DNA from: an uncultured SAR86 cluster bacterium
GTDB lineage: Bacteria > Pseudomonadota > Gammaproteobacteria > Magnimaribacterales > D2472
NCBI GenBank assembly: GCA_902515775.1
Contig: CABXVU010000002.1
Coordinates: forward strand, 72,436 to 136,435
Direction: 5' to 3'
DNA: 64,000 nucleotides
Shown: positions 10,436-21,280 of the stretch, in pieces
Numbering within the stretch: position 1 is the stretch's first letter
Layout of the letters: every line of letters begins with the position of its first letter
Made by a program: the position numbers and the translations under genes
The notes under the pieces: generated by a model
The model's input: the letters and a program-made list of their open reading frames with translations, nothing else
Told to the model about the DNA's origin: nothing
The model's database searches: none

Positions 10436-11431
10436 ATGAATAAATTTTTATTAATTTTGGGTCTTTTTCTCATAATGATAAGCCCATTATCTGCCAATGG
10501 CTCATTAGAGATTACAACTCTAGAAATACAAAAAACATATAATATTTCTCAAAGATTTCCAGGCAAGATTCTCCCTCTTAATTATTCCAAATTAGCTTTT
10601 GAAGTTGCTGGAAAAATTGACGAAGTAAAAGTTGACATAGGTGATGCTGTTCAAAAAGGTGATATTTTAGCTTTTTTAGATCCATCTGAAATGCAGGCTA
10701 GCCTTAACCAGGCAGTTGCAAGATATGACTTAGCAGATCAAGCTCTTAAGAGATTTACAGACTTAAAAAAGAAAGGTTTTATTTCGAATCAAGAACTTGA
10801 CCGCGCTAGTTCTGATTTTTTAATTGCAAAGGCTCAAGTTGATTTTTATTCTGTAAAGTTGGAGCAAACCAAAATTCGTGCTCCGTTTAATGGCTTCATT
10901 CAAAATAGATTCTTTGATTCTGGAACAGTTACGAGCCCTGGAATAGCAATTTTAGAAGTAATTGATTCTACGAGTGTTGAAGCACATGTATCTGTACCAA
11001 GTGACGTCATAGATGGCCTTATTATCGGACAGGAATACAATTTTGTTATTAATGACAAAATACACTCTGCTCAATTTAAGAGATTTACTCAAATGAGCAG
11101 TCAAGGAAGTGATAATAGATTGTGTATCTTTGAATTTAGTACCTTTATTAATCCCGGATCCATTTCATTTCTGCAATTGACGCAAACAAAAGAAAAGACA
11201 GGTGCGTGGGTGCCACTTAAATCTCTCTCTCAAGGAACTCAAGGTCTTTGGAATGTTTATACAGTATCTACAGATCAAAAAAATCAATATCAAGTATCCA
11301 AAGAAATTGTTGAATTAATTCATGTTGAAGGAAATAACGCTTATATTTCTGGCACCGTTAACACCGGTGATATGGTTGTTAGCGGAGGAGCAGAACAAGT
11401 CATAGATAGTGAGATTTTAAGAGTAAATTAA
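10436..11431 (+). CDS. RND efflux periplasmic adaptor (MFP)
   Basis: LAFEVAGKI...VDIGD-VQKGD lipoyl motif, coiled hairpin, IRAPFNG. Confidence 0.9.
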   Translation: MNKFLLILGLFLIMISPLSANGSLEITTLEIQKTYNISQRFPGKILPLNYSKLAFEVAGKIDEVKVDIGDAVQKGDILAFLDPSEMQASLNQAVARYDLADQALKRFTDLKKKGFISNQELDRASSDFLIAKAQVDFYSVKLEQTKIRAPFNGFIQNRFFDSGTVTSPGIAILEVIDSTSVEAHVSVPSDVIDGLIIGQEYNFVINDKIHSAQFKRFTQMSSQGSDNRLCIFEFSTFINPGSISFLQLTQTKEKTGAWVPLKSLSQGTQGLWNVYTVSTDQKNQYQVSKEIVELIHVEGNNAYISGTVNTGDMVVSGGAEQVIDSEILRVN

Positions 11432-11434
11432 GCT

Positions 11435-14400
11435 ATGTTTTTTTTAAAGATTTTATTTACACAACCTAGAGTTTTTGCACTCCTACTAATTTTTATATTT
11501 TTATCTGGTGTATTTGCGCTTAACACAGTTCCTCGACAAGAAAATCCTGAGTTAGCTCAGCGCTGGTCAACAGTTCAGACAATTTATCCTGGTGCATCAC
11601 CAACAAGAATTGAAACACAAATTCTTGAGCCAATGGAGGCGAAACTCCGAGAGGTTTATGAGCTTAATGAAATTATTTCATTTGCCTCACAAGGTTTTGG
11701 CACAACTGTTCTGGAAATAAAAGATAATGTTTCTCCAACATTAATTGAGCAAGTGTGGTCTGAAGTTCAAGATAAATTAGATCAATCATTATTTGATTTG
11801 CCTGCTGGACCGAAGCCACAGTTAATTAGAAGTAGCGGACCTCCAACAACATTGTTGTATGCCCTCACATGGAATGGTGATGGCGAACCACCACTTATTC
11901 TTTTATCACGAATAGCTGAGGATCTTCGTCAAAGTATGGCATATATGGCAGGATCAGATAGGAGTTCTGTTTTTGGTTCTGCAGATGAGGAAGTTTTAGT
12001 TGAAGTTGATAATGCAAAGTTATCAGCTCTTGGACTCACCTTTCAAGAAGTAGCAGAGGTTCTCGCCTCACTTGATGCAAAAAAACCTATTGGGCAAATA
12101 TCAAAAAATGGTCAAGAATTTCTTGTAAAGTCGCAAGAAAATCTTACTAACTTATCTGAGGTGTCTAATTTACCAATTAAAGTTTTTAATGAATATGAAA
12201 TTATCCGGCTTGGTGATATAGCAAGCTTATCAAAAAATCCCAGAGATCCACCCGAAGAACTTGTTGTATTTAATGGAGAGAAGGCTGTTTTTGTTGAAAT
12301 AAGGGGTGCATTCTCCTTGAGAGTTGATCTTTATGTGGAAAGCATTGAGTTATTAGTAGAAGATTTTAGAAAGCAACTTCCTCCTGAAATTAAATTAGAA
12401 AAAATCTACGACGAATCATATTATTTTAAACAAAAATTTAATAATTTGTATGGAAGCATAATTTTCGCGACCCTGATTGTTATTGGAATAAGTTATTTTT
12501 TGTTAGGCTTTAAATCAGCTTTGATCGTTGGATCCATCATACCTCTTACAATTTTTTTAGTTTTATTTGGATGTAAATTATTAGGTTTGCCACTGCATCA
12601 AACCTCAATGACAGGAATAATTATTGCTCTGGGATTGTTAATAGATAATGCAATTATTGTAGTTGAAGATTTTAAATACAGACGAAGTTTAGGTCATTCT
12701 CGTGAATTAGCATCATACGAAACATTTAGTCATTTATGGATTCCACTTTCTGCTGCAACCGCAACGACTGCTTTGTCTTTTTTCCCAATTGCAGCAGGCC
12801 AAGGGCCAAGCGCAGAATTTGTTGGCGGCATGGCTAAAACTGTTATTTTATCTGTTACTGCGTCTTTGTTTCTCGCGCTGTATGTTGTTCCACTACTTCT
12901 AAACTACATTAATAAAATAAAGTTCTTTGATCGGGAAATTTTTTCTGGAAGTGGATATTCAAATCAAAAGCTTCTTAAAAGATACAGAGATCTTCTTACA
13001 TGGTCATATGCCGTTCCAAGGAGAGGAATAATGATTGCAATGATTTTGCCCATGATAGGCTTTTTATCATTTCCATTTTTAAAGGCAGATTTTTTTCCCG
13101 CTTTAGACAGGAATATGTTCAAAGTATCAATTGAGTTACCTCAAAACTCTAATGTAGAGAGCACTGAGAAAGAGGTATTAAAAATTAGAGAGTCTATATT
13201 AAAGAGTGGAATCGTTGAAGATGATTTTTGGTTTATAGGCAGAAGATTGCCAAGAATACTTTACAACGTAATAGGCGGAGATTCCGCTCTTGGATCAAAT
13301 AACCTAGGGCAAGGAGTCTACATAGCCTCTTCTTACAGTGAGATGATCAAAAAACTTCCTACGCTTGCAAAAAGACTCACTTCTGAAAATCCAGATTTAA
13401 AAATTATTATCGATAAATTTGATTCAGGTCCTCCAGTAGATGCGGCTGTTGAGTATAGTATTGATGGTCCAGATCTTTCTGTTCTTAGAGCTTTGGGCAA
13501 TAAACTAGAGTTGATAATTAGAGGTGCCCCGGATGTATATTTAACCAACAGTGAACTAAGCGGAGGCGCTGCTAATTTAGAGTTTAAATTTAGTGAATCT
13601 GATTTAGCCATGAATTCAATTTCAGGCGAATTTTTTATTAACGAACTCGCAATTGCAAGTGAAGGTATAGAAGTTGGAACTATGCTTGATGGTAATAAAG
13701 AAATCCCTATTAAATTAAGAGGCTCTTCTGATGATTCAATTAGATCTACACAATATTTATCAGTCCCATCAAATAATGGATTTGATTATTCGTCTAATTA
13801 TGGAGAATTTGCTGTTACCAATCAGGCTAATTTTGTTTCTAGAGATGCTGGCAAAAGACAAAATCAAGTAGCGGCTTGGATTTGGCCAGGATTACTTCCA
13901 TCAGACACAGAAAAATTTTTGAAGGATAAGATACAAAAATTTAGGGCTGAGCTTCCTCCTGGATACATTCTTGAGGTAGGCGGAGAAGCAGATGCAAGAG
14001 GTAAATCTCAAGCAAACATTTTTTCATCGGCGATACTTTTCTTTGTGCTTATTGTTATTGCATTAGTTTCAGCTTTAAACTCATTTAGACAAGCAACTCT
14101 TATATTAAGCGTTGCGGGTTGGTGTACAGGTTTAGCTTTTCTAGGATTAACTCTCGGTCAAGCCAATTTTGGTTTCATGGGTCTCGTTGGAGCAATTGGA
14201 CTTGCTGGACTATCAATCAATGATTCAATAGTTGTTTTGTCTCATATAAAAGAGGCTCATGCTAAATCGCCTATAAATAAAGAGGATTTAGTCGAGGTAA
14301 TCATCAGGTCTACTCGTCATGTAATCACAACCTCAGCAACGACCATTGGAGGATTCATGCCTTTATTAATCACAAGTATTTTCTTTGAACCGCTTGCTTG

Positions 14401-14485
14401 GGCAATGGCAGGTGGTGTTATCGGCTCAACGATTATTGCTGTTTTTTATATTCCAGCCTGCTATGCAATTTCAAATAAGTTGTAA
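11435..14485 (+). CDS. RND efflux inner-membrane permease (AcrB/AcrD/AcrF family)
   Basis: 1016 aa; YPGASP, two large periplasmic domains, GLLIDNAIIVVE. Confidence 0.9.
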   Translation: MFFLKILFTQPRVFALLLIFIFLSGVFALNTVPRQENPELAQRWSTVQTIYPGASPTRIETQILEPMEAKLREVYELNEIISFASQGFGTTVLEIKDNVSPTLIEQVWSEVQDKLDQSLFDLPAGPKPQLIRSSGPPTTLLYALTWNGDGEPPLILLSRIAEDLRQSMAYMAGSDRSSVFGSADEEVLVEVDNAKLSALGLTFQEVAEVLASLDAKKPIGQISKNGQEFLVKSQENLTNLSEVSNLPIKVFNEYEIIRLGDIASLSKNPRDPPEELVVFNGEKAVFVEIRGAFSLRVDLYVESIELLVEDFRKQLPPEIKLEKIYDESYYFKQKFNNLYGSIIFATLIVIGISYFLLGFKSALIVGSIIPLTIFLVLFGCKLLGLPLHQTSMTGIIIALGLLIDNAIIVVEDFKYRRSLGHSRELASYETFSHLWIPLSAATATTALSFFPIAAGQGPSAEFVGGMAKTVILSVTASLFLALYVVPLLLNYINKIKFFDREIFSGSGYSNQKLLKRYRDLLTWSYAVPRRGIMIAMILPMIGFLSFPFLKADFFPALDRNMFKVSIELPQNSNVESTEKEVLKIRESILKSGIVEDDFWFIGRRLPRILYNVIGGDSALGSNNLGQGVYIASSYSEMIKKLPTLAKRLTSENPDLKIIIDKFDSGPPVDAAVEYSIDGPDLSVLRALGNKLELIIRGAPDVYLTNSELSGGAANLEFKFSESDLAMNSISGEFFINELAIASEGIEVGTMLDGNKEIPIKLRGSSDDSIRSTQYLSVPSNNGFDYSSNYGEFAVTNQANFVSRDAGKRQNQVAAWIWPGLLPSDTEKFLKDKIQKFRAELPPGYILEVGGEADARGKSQANIFSSAILFFVLIVIALVSALNSFRQATLILSVAGWCTGLAFLGLTLGQANFGFMGLVGAIGLAGLSINDSIVVLSHIKEAHAKSPINKEDLVEVIIRSTRHVITTSATTIGGFMPLLITSIFFEPLAWAMAGGVIGSTIIAVFYIPACYAISNKL

Positions 14486-14517
14486 AATCATTTATTAAGT
14501 TAATTAAAAGAAAGAAA

Positions 14518-15042
14518 ATGAGAAGAATAATCACTGGACATAATCAAAATGGTAAATCGATCATTACAATTGATGGACCACCTGCATGCTCAATAGGAGA
14601 AGAGGTAGGAGGACTATTTGAAATTTGGAATACAGATGGAGCAGAAATCGATTCAACTGATGAAGTCGATAGGGGTGATTCAGCAATTATCTTGTCACCT
14701 CCTGAAGGTGGAACAAAATTTAGATATTTTCAAATTAATCCTACTCCAGAAGGAGTTCCATGGGATGTTCTTCAAGATTTAGCTGCCGAGGCATTCGATC
14801 GCATTGGAGCAGCTCATCATAGGATAGATACTTCTAAGCATCCTGCAATGCATAAGACAGAGACGATTGACTACATAATTTTATTAAAGGGTGATGTAAC
14901 TCTTTTATTGGATGAAGAAGAAGTAAGACTTGAGCCATTTGATACTGTGGTTCAAAGAGGTACAAATCATGCATGGGTCAATCATGGAGATGAGCCGGCC
15001 TTATTAATTGCAGTCTTGATTGATAGTGAGATTAAAGATTAA
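14518..15042 (+). CDS. Cupin domain protein
   Basis: RRIITGH N-terminus, MHKTETIDY, VVQRGTNHAW. Confidence 0.85.
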   Translation: MRRIITGHNQNGKSIITIDGPPACSIGEEVGGLFEIWNTDGAEIDSTDEVDRGDSAIILSPPEGGTKFRYFQINPTPEGVPWDVLQDLAAEAFDRIGAAHHRIDTSKHPAMHKTETIDYIILLKGDVTLLLDEEEVRLEPFDTVVQRGTNHAWVNHGDEPALLIAVLIDSEIKD

Positions 15043-15071
15043 AATTTCTTTAAAAAAATATCTTTTTAACA

Positions 15072-15896
15072 ATGTTTAAAGTAAAACCAATAGCTGCAGC
15101 TCTAGGAGCAGAATTACATGGAGTGGACCTTTGCAATGACTTGCAACCTGAGGTCTATGCCGAAATCAGAAAACTGCTTATAGAACACAAAGTTATTTTT
15201 TTTCGTGATCAAGATATTTCGCCACAACAACATAAAGCATTAGCAGAATCATTTGGCCCAGTTCAAACACATCCTGCCTATGACACAGTTGCAGGCTTTC
15301 CAGAAATTACAATTCTGGAGAGCACAGCAGAAAAACCAAGTAAAATCGAGATGTGGCATTCGGACATGACATTCCGTCAACATCCACCATTGGGTTCAGT
15401 TTTAAGATCAAAAATTTGCCCTCCAAAGGGAGGGGATACAATGTGGGCTAGCATGTCAGCAGCTTATGATGGTTTATCTAAGGGAATGCAAAAATTTCTT
15501 TCAAATCTTAATGCAGAGCATGATTTTAGTTATGGTTTTAAGGAAAGTTTGGCAGAGCCTGGTGGTAAAGAGCGCTTGGCTGAAGCTGTCAAAGATAATC
15601 CTCCAGTTCAACATCCTGTTATAAGAGTGCACCCCGAAAGCAAACAAAAAGTTATTTTTGTAAATGCTTTATTTACAACAAAAATAATCGGCCTGCCTCC
15701 CAAAGAAAGCTCAGCAATTTTAGATTTTCTATATGATCACTCAATTACTGCCGAATATACCTGTCGTTTCAATTGGGAGCCAAATTCTATTGCTATTTGG
15801 GATAACAGAAGTACTCAACACAAACCCATTAATGATTATTTTCCTGCGCACCGTTTATTAGAGCGAGTGGCAATTGACGGCGATAAACCTTTTTAA
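15072..15896 (+). CDS. TauD/TfdA-family Fe(II)/2-oxoglutarate dioxygenase (taurine/alkylsulfate type)
   Basis: WHSDMTF (HxD), GGDT, HPVIRVHP, WDNRSTQH. Confidence 0.88.
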   Translation: MFKVKPIAAALGAELHGVDLCNDLQPEVYAEIRKLLIEHKVIFFRDQDISPQQHKALAESFGPVQTHPAYDTVAGFPEITILESTAEKPSKIEMWHSDMTFRQHPPLGSVLRSKICPPKGGDTMWASMSAAYDGLSKGMQKFLSNLNAEHDFSYGFKESLAEPGGKERLAEAVKDNPPVQHPVIRVHPESKQKVIFVNALFTTKIIGLPPKESSAILDFLYDHSITAEYTCRFNWEPNSIAIWDNRSTQHKPINDYFPAHRLLERVAIDGDKPF

Positions 15897-15897
15897 A

Positions 15898-16599
15898 TTA
15901 ATTTTTTAAAAATTCTATTAGGACTTTTACAACTGCCAATTCATCTGTTTCATCAATTAATGTTTTACAAGCAGTTAAATATTTCGCATCTCCAATCTGA
16001 TTTTTTCTGAATTCATATATTAATTTTGCAAAGTCTTTTTTTAACTCAATATGTCCTTGCGTGCAAAGAATATGATTATCAATGACAAACATCCCATTTG
16101 GGCACACTGCTGATCCTGCAATTAATTTTGCATTTTCAGGCAATTTTACAACTTCATCTTGATGGCTGAAAACTAGATTAAACTCACCATCTTCAAAATC
16201 AAAATCAAACTCTTGTTTAAATAATGATATTGAATCTACACCAACATGCCAACCCTTTGAGGAATTCTTTACAGAGCCTCCTAAAGCCTCCGCTATTATC
16301 TGATGGCCGAAACAAATACCTATCAACTTTGTTTTATTTTGATGAAGAGTTTGAACGAATTTTTTTAGTTTTTTTATCCAATTTTTCTCTTCGTATGCGC
16401 TAGCTTTACTACCTGTAATTAAGTATGCATCACAATCATTTATTTTTTTTGGATAATGATCAAACTGCACTTCATATGTTTCAAACTGAATGGTTGGATC
16501 TATTGCCCAAAAAATTTTTGAAAACATTTCTGGATACTGACCAAATGCTGATGCACCTGGAAGTTCTACAGTATCAGCATTGAGAATTCCTATTTTCAT
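15898..16599 (-). CDS. Type 1 glutamine amidotransferase-like protein
   Basis: ITGS, GICFGHQ, SHQD and QGHIE catalytic triad. Confidence 0.85.
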   Translation of the reverse strand: MKIGILNADTVELPGASAFGQYPEMFSKIFWAIDPTIQFETYEVQFDHYPKKINDCDAYLITGSKASAYEEKNWIKKLKKFVQTLHQNKTKLIGICFGHQIIAEALGGSVKNSSKGWHVGVDSISLFKQEFDFDFEDGEFNLVFSHQDEVVKLPENAKLIAGSAVCPNGMFVIDNHILCTQGHIELKKDFAKLIYEFRKNQIGDAKYLTACKTLIDETDELAVVKVLIEFLKN

Positions 16600-16634
16600 A
16601 TAATATAAATTTATTAATGTAGTATATTCAATTT

Positions 16635-18158
16635 ATGAAACCTAACAGACTTATTTTTTGTCTCTTCTTTTTAGTTTCAACATCCTTATCAGCAGACGGA
16701 ATTGATGCCTCAATTAATGCCGTCATTCAACCGATAACAAATATTTTATCCAGTTTTATTTTTTACGAATATACGATTTTTAATACTCCTATGCCTTTGA
16801 TAGTTATATGGTTGATTGGAGGAGCAATTTTTTTTACTTTTTACTTTAATTTTTTAAATTTACGGGGATTTAAACATGCATTTCAATTACTAAGAGGAGA
16901 TTACACTAAGCCAGGAAATGAAGGCGAGCTTTCTCATTTTCAAGCATTATCTACTGCTGTATCTGGAACGGTTGGTATAGGAAATATTGCTGGAGTAGCA
17001 ATTGTTATTTCTATAGGAGGTCCTGGAGCTACATTTTGGTTGATTATTGCGGGTCTCTTAGGGATGTCTACAAAATTTGCTGAATGTGTAGCCGGAGTAA
17101 TGTATAGAAAAGTTAATCCAGACGGAAGTATTTCTGGTGGTCCAATGTATTATCTTGAAGCTGGATTGCATCAAAAAAATTTATCTTGGCTTGCAAGGCC
17201 AATGGGATTATTTTATGCACTGGCCATTGTTTTAGGATGTTTGGGTATCGGGAACATGTTTCAATCGAATCAAGCTTTTCAGCAATTTATTTTTATAACA
17301 GGAGGAGATTCTAGCTATTTTGTTGACAAGGGTTGGTTATTTGGTTCAATTCTTGCTGGAATAGTTGGACTGGTAATCATCGGTGGAATAAAAAGCATAG
17401 CCCGGGTTACCTCAAAGTTAGTCCCATTTATGACATTGACATACGTAGTGGGAGCTTTAATTGTAATTTTTATAAACGCAGACAGAGTGCCTTGGGCTTT
17501 GTCAGCCATATTTCACGAAGCATTTGATCCATCAGCCATGAGTGGAGGAATGCTAGGAATTATGATTTTAGGATTTCAAAGAGCAGCATTTTCTAATGAG
17601 GCTGGTATTGGATCAGCGGCAATTGCTCATTCGACTGTTCAAACTCAAGAACCAGTTTCTGAAGGATTTGTAGGATTAATGGAACCTTTTATTGATACCG
17701 TAGTGATTTGCACACTTACAGCTCTAGTAATTTTAACTACAGTCTATGATCCAACAATGGCAAATGAAGGCATTCAAGGAATCGCTTTGACCTCAACTGC
17801 ATTTAGTAGCACTCTATCTTGGTCTGTCATTCCATTATCATTTATTGCTTTATTATTTGCATTTTCAACAATATTGTCTTGGTCATACTATGGCTTAAAA
17901 GGCTGGACTTATATTATTGGAGAATCTTCAATAGCAGAAAATATTTTTAAAGTATTTTTTTGTATTTTTATCGCTATTGGTTGTACTGTAAATTTGAGTG
18001 CAGTATTAGATTTTTCAGACGCACTTATTTTTATTGTAGCTTTGCCAAATATCTTAGGTTTGTATGTCTTGGCTCCTGTAATTAAAAAGGAGTTGTTAAG
18101 TTATCAAAAAAGGTTGCAAAGTGGAGAAATTCAAAATTTTAGAGAATTAAATGATTAA
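16635..18158 (+). CDS. Alanine/glycine:cation symporter (AGCS/AlsT family)
   Basis: GTVGIGNIAGVA, GGPGA, GGPMYY, FSNEAGIGS, EPFIDT. Confidence 0.92.
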   Translation: MKPNRLIFCLFFLVSTSLSADGIDASINAVIQPITNILSSFIFYEYTIFNTPMPLIVIWLIGGAIFFTFYFNFLNLRGFKHAFQLLRGDYTKPGNEGELSHFQALSTAVSGTVGIGNIAGVAIVISIGGPGATFWLIIAGLLGMSTKFAECVAGVMYRKVNPDGSISGGPMYYLEAGLHQKNLSWLARPMGLFYALAIVLGCLGIGNMFQSNQAFQQFIFITGGDSSYFVDKGWLFGSILAGIVGLVIIGGIKSIARVTSKLVPFMTLTYVVGALIVIFINADRVPWALSAIFHEAFDPSAMSGGMLGIMILGFQRAAFSNEAGIGSAAIAHSTVQTQEPVSEGFVGLMEPFIDTVVICTLTALVILTTVYDPTMANEGIQGIALTSTAFSSTLSWSVIPLSFIALLFAFSTILSWSYYGLKGWTYIIGESSIAENIFKVFFCIFIAIGCTVNLSAVLDFSDALIFIVALPNILGLYVLAPVIKKELLSYQKRLQSGEIQNFRELND

Positions 18159-19359
18159 GGGAGATTGCGATTCAAGATTTCTTCCTTTGAAAGAAATTTT
18201 CTCTAACGCGTTTGAAAATGGATTTGAGACAGGCGCTTCTGTAGCTATTGAACACAAGGGAGAACTTGTTGTAAATCTTTGGGGCGGACATCAAGATGCA
18301 GATAGAACAAAGGCATGGAAGGAAGATACTTTAGTCAATGTTTTTTCTGTGACAAAGGGAGTAACAGCAACATGTGCTGCAAGACTAATTGATCAAGGCA
18401 AGCTAAATCCAAATCAATTAGTTAGTTATTATTGGCCGGAATATAGCTGTAACGGGAAAGAGACAACTAAAGTTAGTGATTTTTTATGTCATAGAGCTGG
18501 TATGTTTGGATTTAAAGGCGGGATTCCCTCTGGTTCATTTCAAGATTGGGAGAAGTTTGTCAGCCATCTTGAGTCACAAAGTCCCTACAGAGAACCAGGT
18601 TCGTCGCAAAGCTATCACGCACTTACATATGGTTGGCTGGTTGGAGAAATTATAAAAAGAATCGATGGTCGGAGTGTCGGACAATATTTTCAAGAGGAGA
18701 TAGCTCAACCATTTGATTTAGATTTTTATATTGGACTTCCAAGAGAAAATTTTAGCAGGTGCGCAGATATGATAATGATGCAAAAAGATTTTATTAAACT
18801 GCCAGGAGGATTCTTAAAACATGTTCCTGATTTTCTTGTACCAAAAAGAATCAAAAGCTTTAAGGAGGCCTTGAAAACTGGTGACTTCGAACAGGCATTT
18901 GAATTTAGGGATGAAGATAGTGATAATTTTCAAAATTCTGAAGACTGGCGAATCGCAGAAATCCCCTCAGCAAATGGTCATGGAACAGCCAAAAGTTTAG
19001 CAAAATTATATGGGATTTTAAGTAATGGCTGCAGTAGAAACGGCACTTCAATAATGTCAAAAAATACATTAGAGCTTGCTATTACACCTTATTCCAATGG
19101 TCCTGACTCAGTATTATTTGGTGCGGGTATAAAATTTGGACTTGGGTATGAGCTGTCGCAGGGAATTTCTTTTCTTGGAAATATATCACCTATTTTAAAC
19201 AATAGAATGTTTGGTCATGCTGGGGTTGGAGGCGCTGTTGCATTCGGGGATCCAGATCAAAACTTAGGATACGGATTTATTTGCAATCAACAACATAAAC
19301 CAAGAGAAATGTATAAAACTAACAATCAACTAACTAAAGCCTTATACAAAATAATTTAA
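18151..19359 (+). CDS. Serine hydrolase, beta-lactamase fold (family VIII esterase-like)
   Basis: FSVTKG (SxxK), LCHRAG, YHALTYG, FGHAGVGG. Confidence 0.85.
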   Translation: MIKGDCDSRFLPLKEIFSNAFENGFETGASVAIEHKGELVVNLWGGHQDADRTKAWKEDTLVNVFSVTKGVTATCAARLIDQGKLNPNQLVSYYWPEYSCNGKETTKVSDFLCHRAGMFGFKGGIPSGSFQDWEKFVSHLESQSPYREPGSSQSYHALTYGWLVGEIIKRIDGRSVGQYFQEEIAQPFDLDFYIGLPRENFSRCADMIMMQKDFIKLPGGFLKHVPDFLVPKRIKSFKEALKTGDFEQAFEFRDEDSDNFQNSEDWRIAEIPSANGHGTAKSLAKLYGILSNGCSRNGTSIMSKNTLELAITPYSNGPDSVLFGAGIKFGLGYELSQGISFLGNISPILNNRMFGHAGVGGAVAFGDPDQNLGYGFICNQQHKPREMYKTNNQLTKALYKII

Positions 19360-19364
19360 AATTT

Positions 19365-20177
19365 CTAATTTGGTGCTGGAGCATTTCTGGAAAAGAAATT
19401 CCATGAAGATTTTTTTTGAGGTTCTGAAATAACACCCCCGTTAATCAAAATGACTGAATCAATATCTTCCATTAATTCGAAATAACCCAGTTGCTTATAG
19501 CATTCTCTTGCTATTTTAAGAGCCCTCATTGTCTCTGAGGTATTTGGAATGTTTTCGATAACATACTTGGCTCTCCTAAGAGCTGCTACATATGCTTTTC
19601 TCCTAAGGTAATATTCAGCCACAACTAACTCATTTTTAGCTATCAAAGCCCTTAAGTAAATTAGTCTCTGGGAAGCATAAGGAGCATATTGGCTTTGAGG
19701 AAAACGAGTTAGAAATTCTGATAGTTCACCAAAGGCTTGCTTGGCTCCGGAAATATCTCTATCAGAAAGATCTCTTTTAAAAACCCTCGCAAATATTCCT
19801 TTATCTCTGGTATAGCTAGAAATTCCTCTCATAAAATAAGCATAATCAATATTAGGATGTCTTGGATTTAAGCGGATAAATTTTTCAGCTGCTTCATGAG
19901 ACGCTTCATCTTCACCATTCATATAATATGCATATATCAATTCTGACTGGGCTTGTTCAGCATATCGCCCAAATGGATAATTTGTTTCAATTGCTTGCAG
20001 GGCTTCAATTGCTGAGAAATAGTTATTTGCTTTCATCCTTCTTTGAGCAAGATCGTAATATATCTGCTCCGGTTGCTCCATAACTGGCCCATCAGAGCTG
20101 CAAGATGAAATAAAAATGAACTGAGTTATTAAAGCAAGTAATGTTAATTTACGAAGATTTTTTATTTTATATTTCAC
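19365..20177 (-). CDS. bamD: Outer membrane protein assembly lipoprotein BamD
   Basis: Lipobox ISSC, TPRs, YPFGRYAEQA, HPNIDYAYFMRG; divergent from rluD. Confidence 0.93.
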   Translation of the reverse strand: MKYKIKNLRKLTLLALITQFIFISSCSSDGPVMEQPEQIYYDLAQRRMKANNYFSAIEALQAIETNYPFGRYAEQAQSELIYAYYMNGEDEASHEAAEKFIRLNPRHPNIDYAYFMRGISSYTRDKGIFARVFKRDLSDRDISGAKQAFGELSEFLTRFPQSQYAPYASQRLIYLRALIAKNELVVAEYYLRRKAYVAALRRAKYVIENIPNTSETMRALKIARECYKQLGYFELMEDIDSVILINGGVISEPQKKSSWNFFSRNAPAPN

Positions 20178-20266
20178 TTATAAAGTATTTTACATTTATT
20201 GAAGCGTTTGGGTTAATTCAATTAGATTAGATTGTAAGATAGTAAAAAAGTTTTCAAATTTTTTAA

Positions 20267-21190
20267 ATGATTCATAAAAATATTGACGAAGAGCAGAATA
20301 ACTTGCGTTTAGATCAAGCTGCAACTTTGTTATTTGAGGATTTTTCCCGCAGTCAAATTCAAAAATGGATTTTACAGGGCAATCTTTTGGTAAATGGCGA
20401 ACATCTTAAAGCTAAGGACAAAATTCAAGTTGGTGATGAGCTTACCCTAGATCCAATCTTAAAAAAAAGAGTGTCATGGGAGGGAGAGGACATTCCTTTA
20501 AATATTTTATATGAGGAGGAAGATTTTCTCATTATCAATAAATCGGCTGGGATGATAATGCATCCGGGTGCGGGGTGTAATGATGGGACTTTAGCAAACT
20601 CGCTCGCCTTTCATTTTCCAAACTTAAAAGTTCTTCCTAGATGTGGAATCGTTCATAGATTAGATAAAGATACGTCTGGAGTATTGGTTGTTGCTAAAAA
20701 TGAAAAGTTTAGAAATTTTTTTATTAATAAATTACAAGAAAGAGAGGTATATAAACAATATGAAGCAATAGTGGTAGGGAAAGTAATTGGAAGTTTTTCT
20801 ATAGATCATTCCATTGAAAGAGATCCTAGAAACAGAATACGCATGCGAGTTGGCAAAAATGGAAGAGATGCTTTGTCTTATGTTTCATTAATCAGCTCTT
20901 ATGGCGGCTATTCGCATGTATCCATTGAAATCGAGACTGGGAGAACTCACCAAATTAGAGTGCATCTCAGTCATCAGAAACTTCCTATCATTGGAGATAC
21001 TTTATATAACCCAAGAAATATTATTGCGAAAGGAACTTCAAAAAAATTATTAGATTGCATTCAAAATTTTTCTCGACAAGCCTTGCATGCCTCCATAATT
21101 AGATTTCCATGTATAGACAAAGATGATACTTTTGAATTTAAGGCAGATCTTCCTCAAGATATAAAGTCTTTAATTCAATTAATGAAATAG
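20267..21190 (+). CDS. rluD: 23S rRNA pseudouridine synthase D
   Basis: S4 domain RLDQ...SRS, HRLDKDTSG, TGRTHQIRVH, RQALHA. Confidence 0.92.
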   Translation: MIHKNIDEEQNNLRLDQAATLLFEDFSRSQIQKWILQGNLLVNGEHLKAKDKIQVGDELTLDPILKKRVSWEGEDIPLNILYEEEDFLIINKSAGMIMHPGAGCNDGTLANSLAFHFPNLKVLPRCGIVHRLDKDTSGVLVVAKNEKFRNFFINKLQEREVYKQYEAIVVGKVIGSFSIDHSIERDPRNRIRMRVGKNGRDALSYVSLISSYGGYSHVSIEIETGRTHQIRVHLSHQKLPIIGDTLYNPRNIIAKGTSKKLLDCIQNFSRQALHASIIRFPCIDKDDTFEFKADLPQDIKSLIQLMK

Positions 21191-21280
21191 CCTGAAAGTC
21201 CTTATAAATAGGCAATAAACTTGTTTTTAATCATAATTAATGTATAAAACTATCTACTTTTTTGTAAATAATCTAAATTC

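Noticed and set aside
21191-21280. ilv leader-peptide attenuator
   Set aside because: No Ile/Leu/Val-rich short ORF or terminator in the 90-bp gap.
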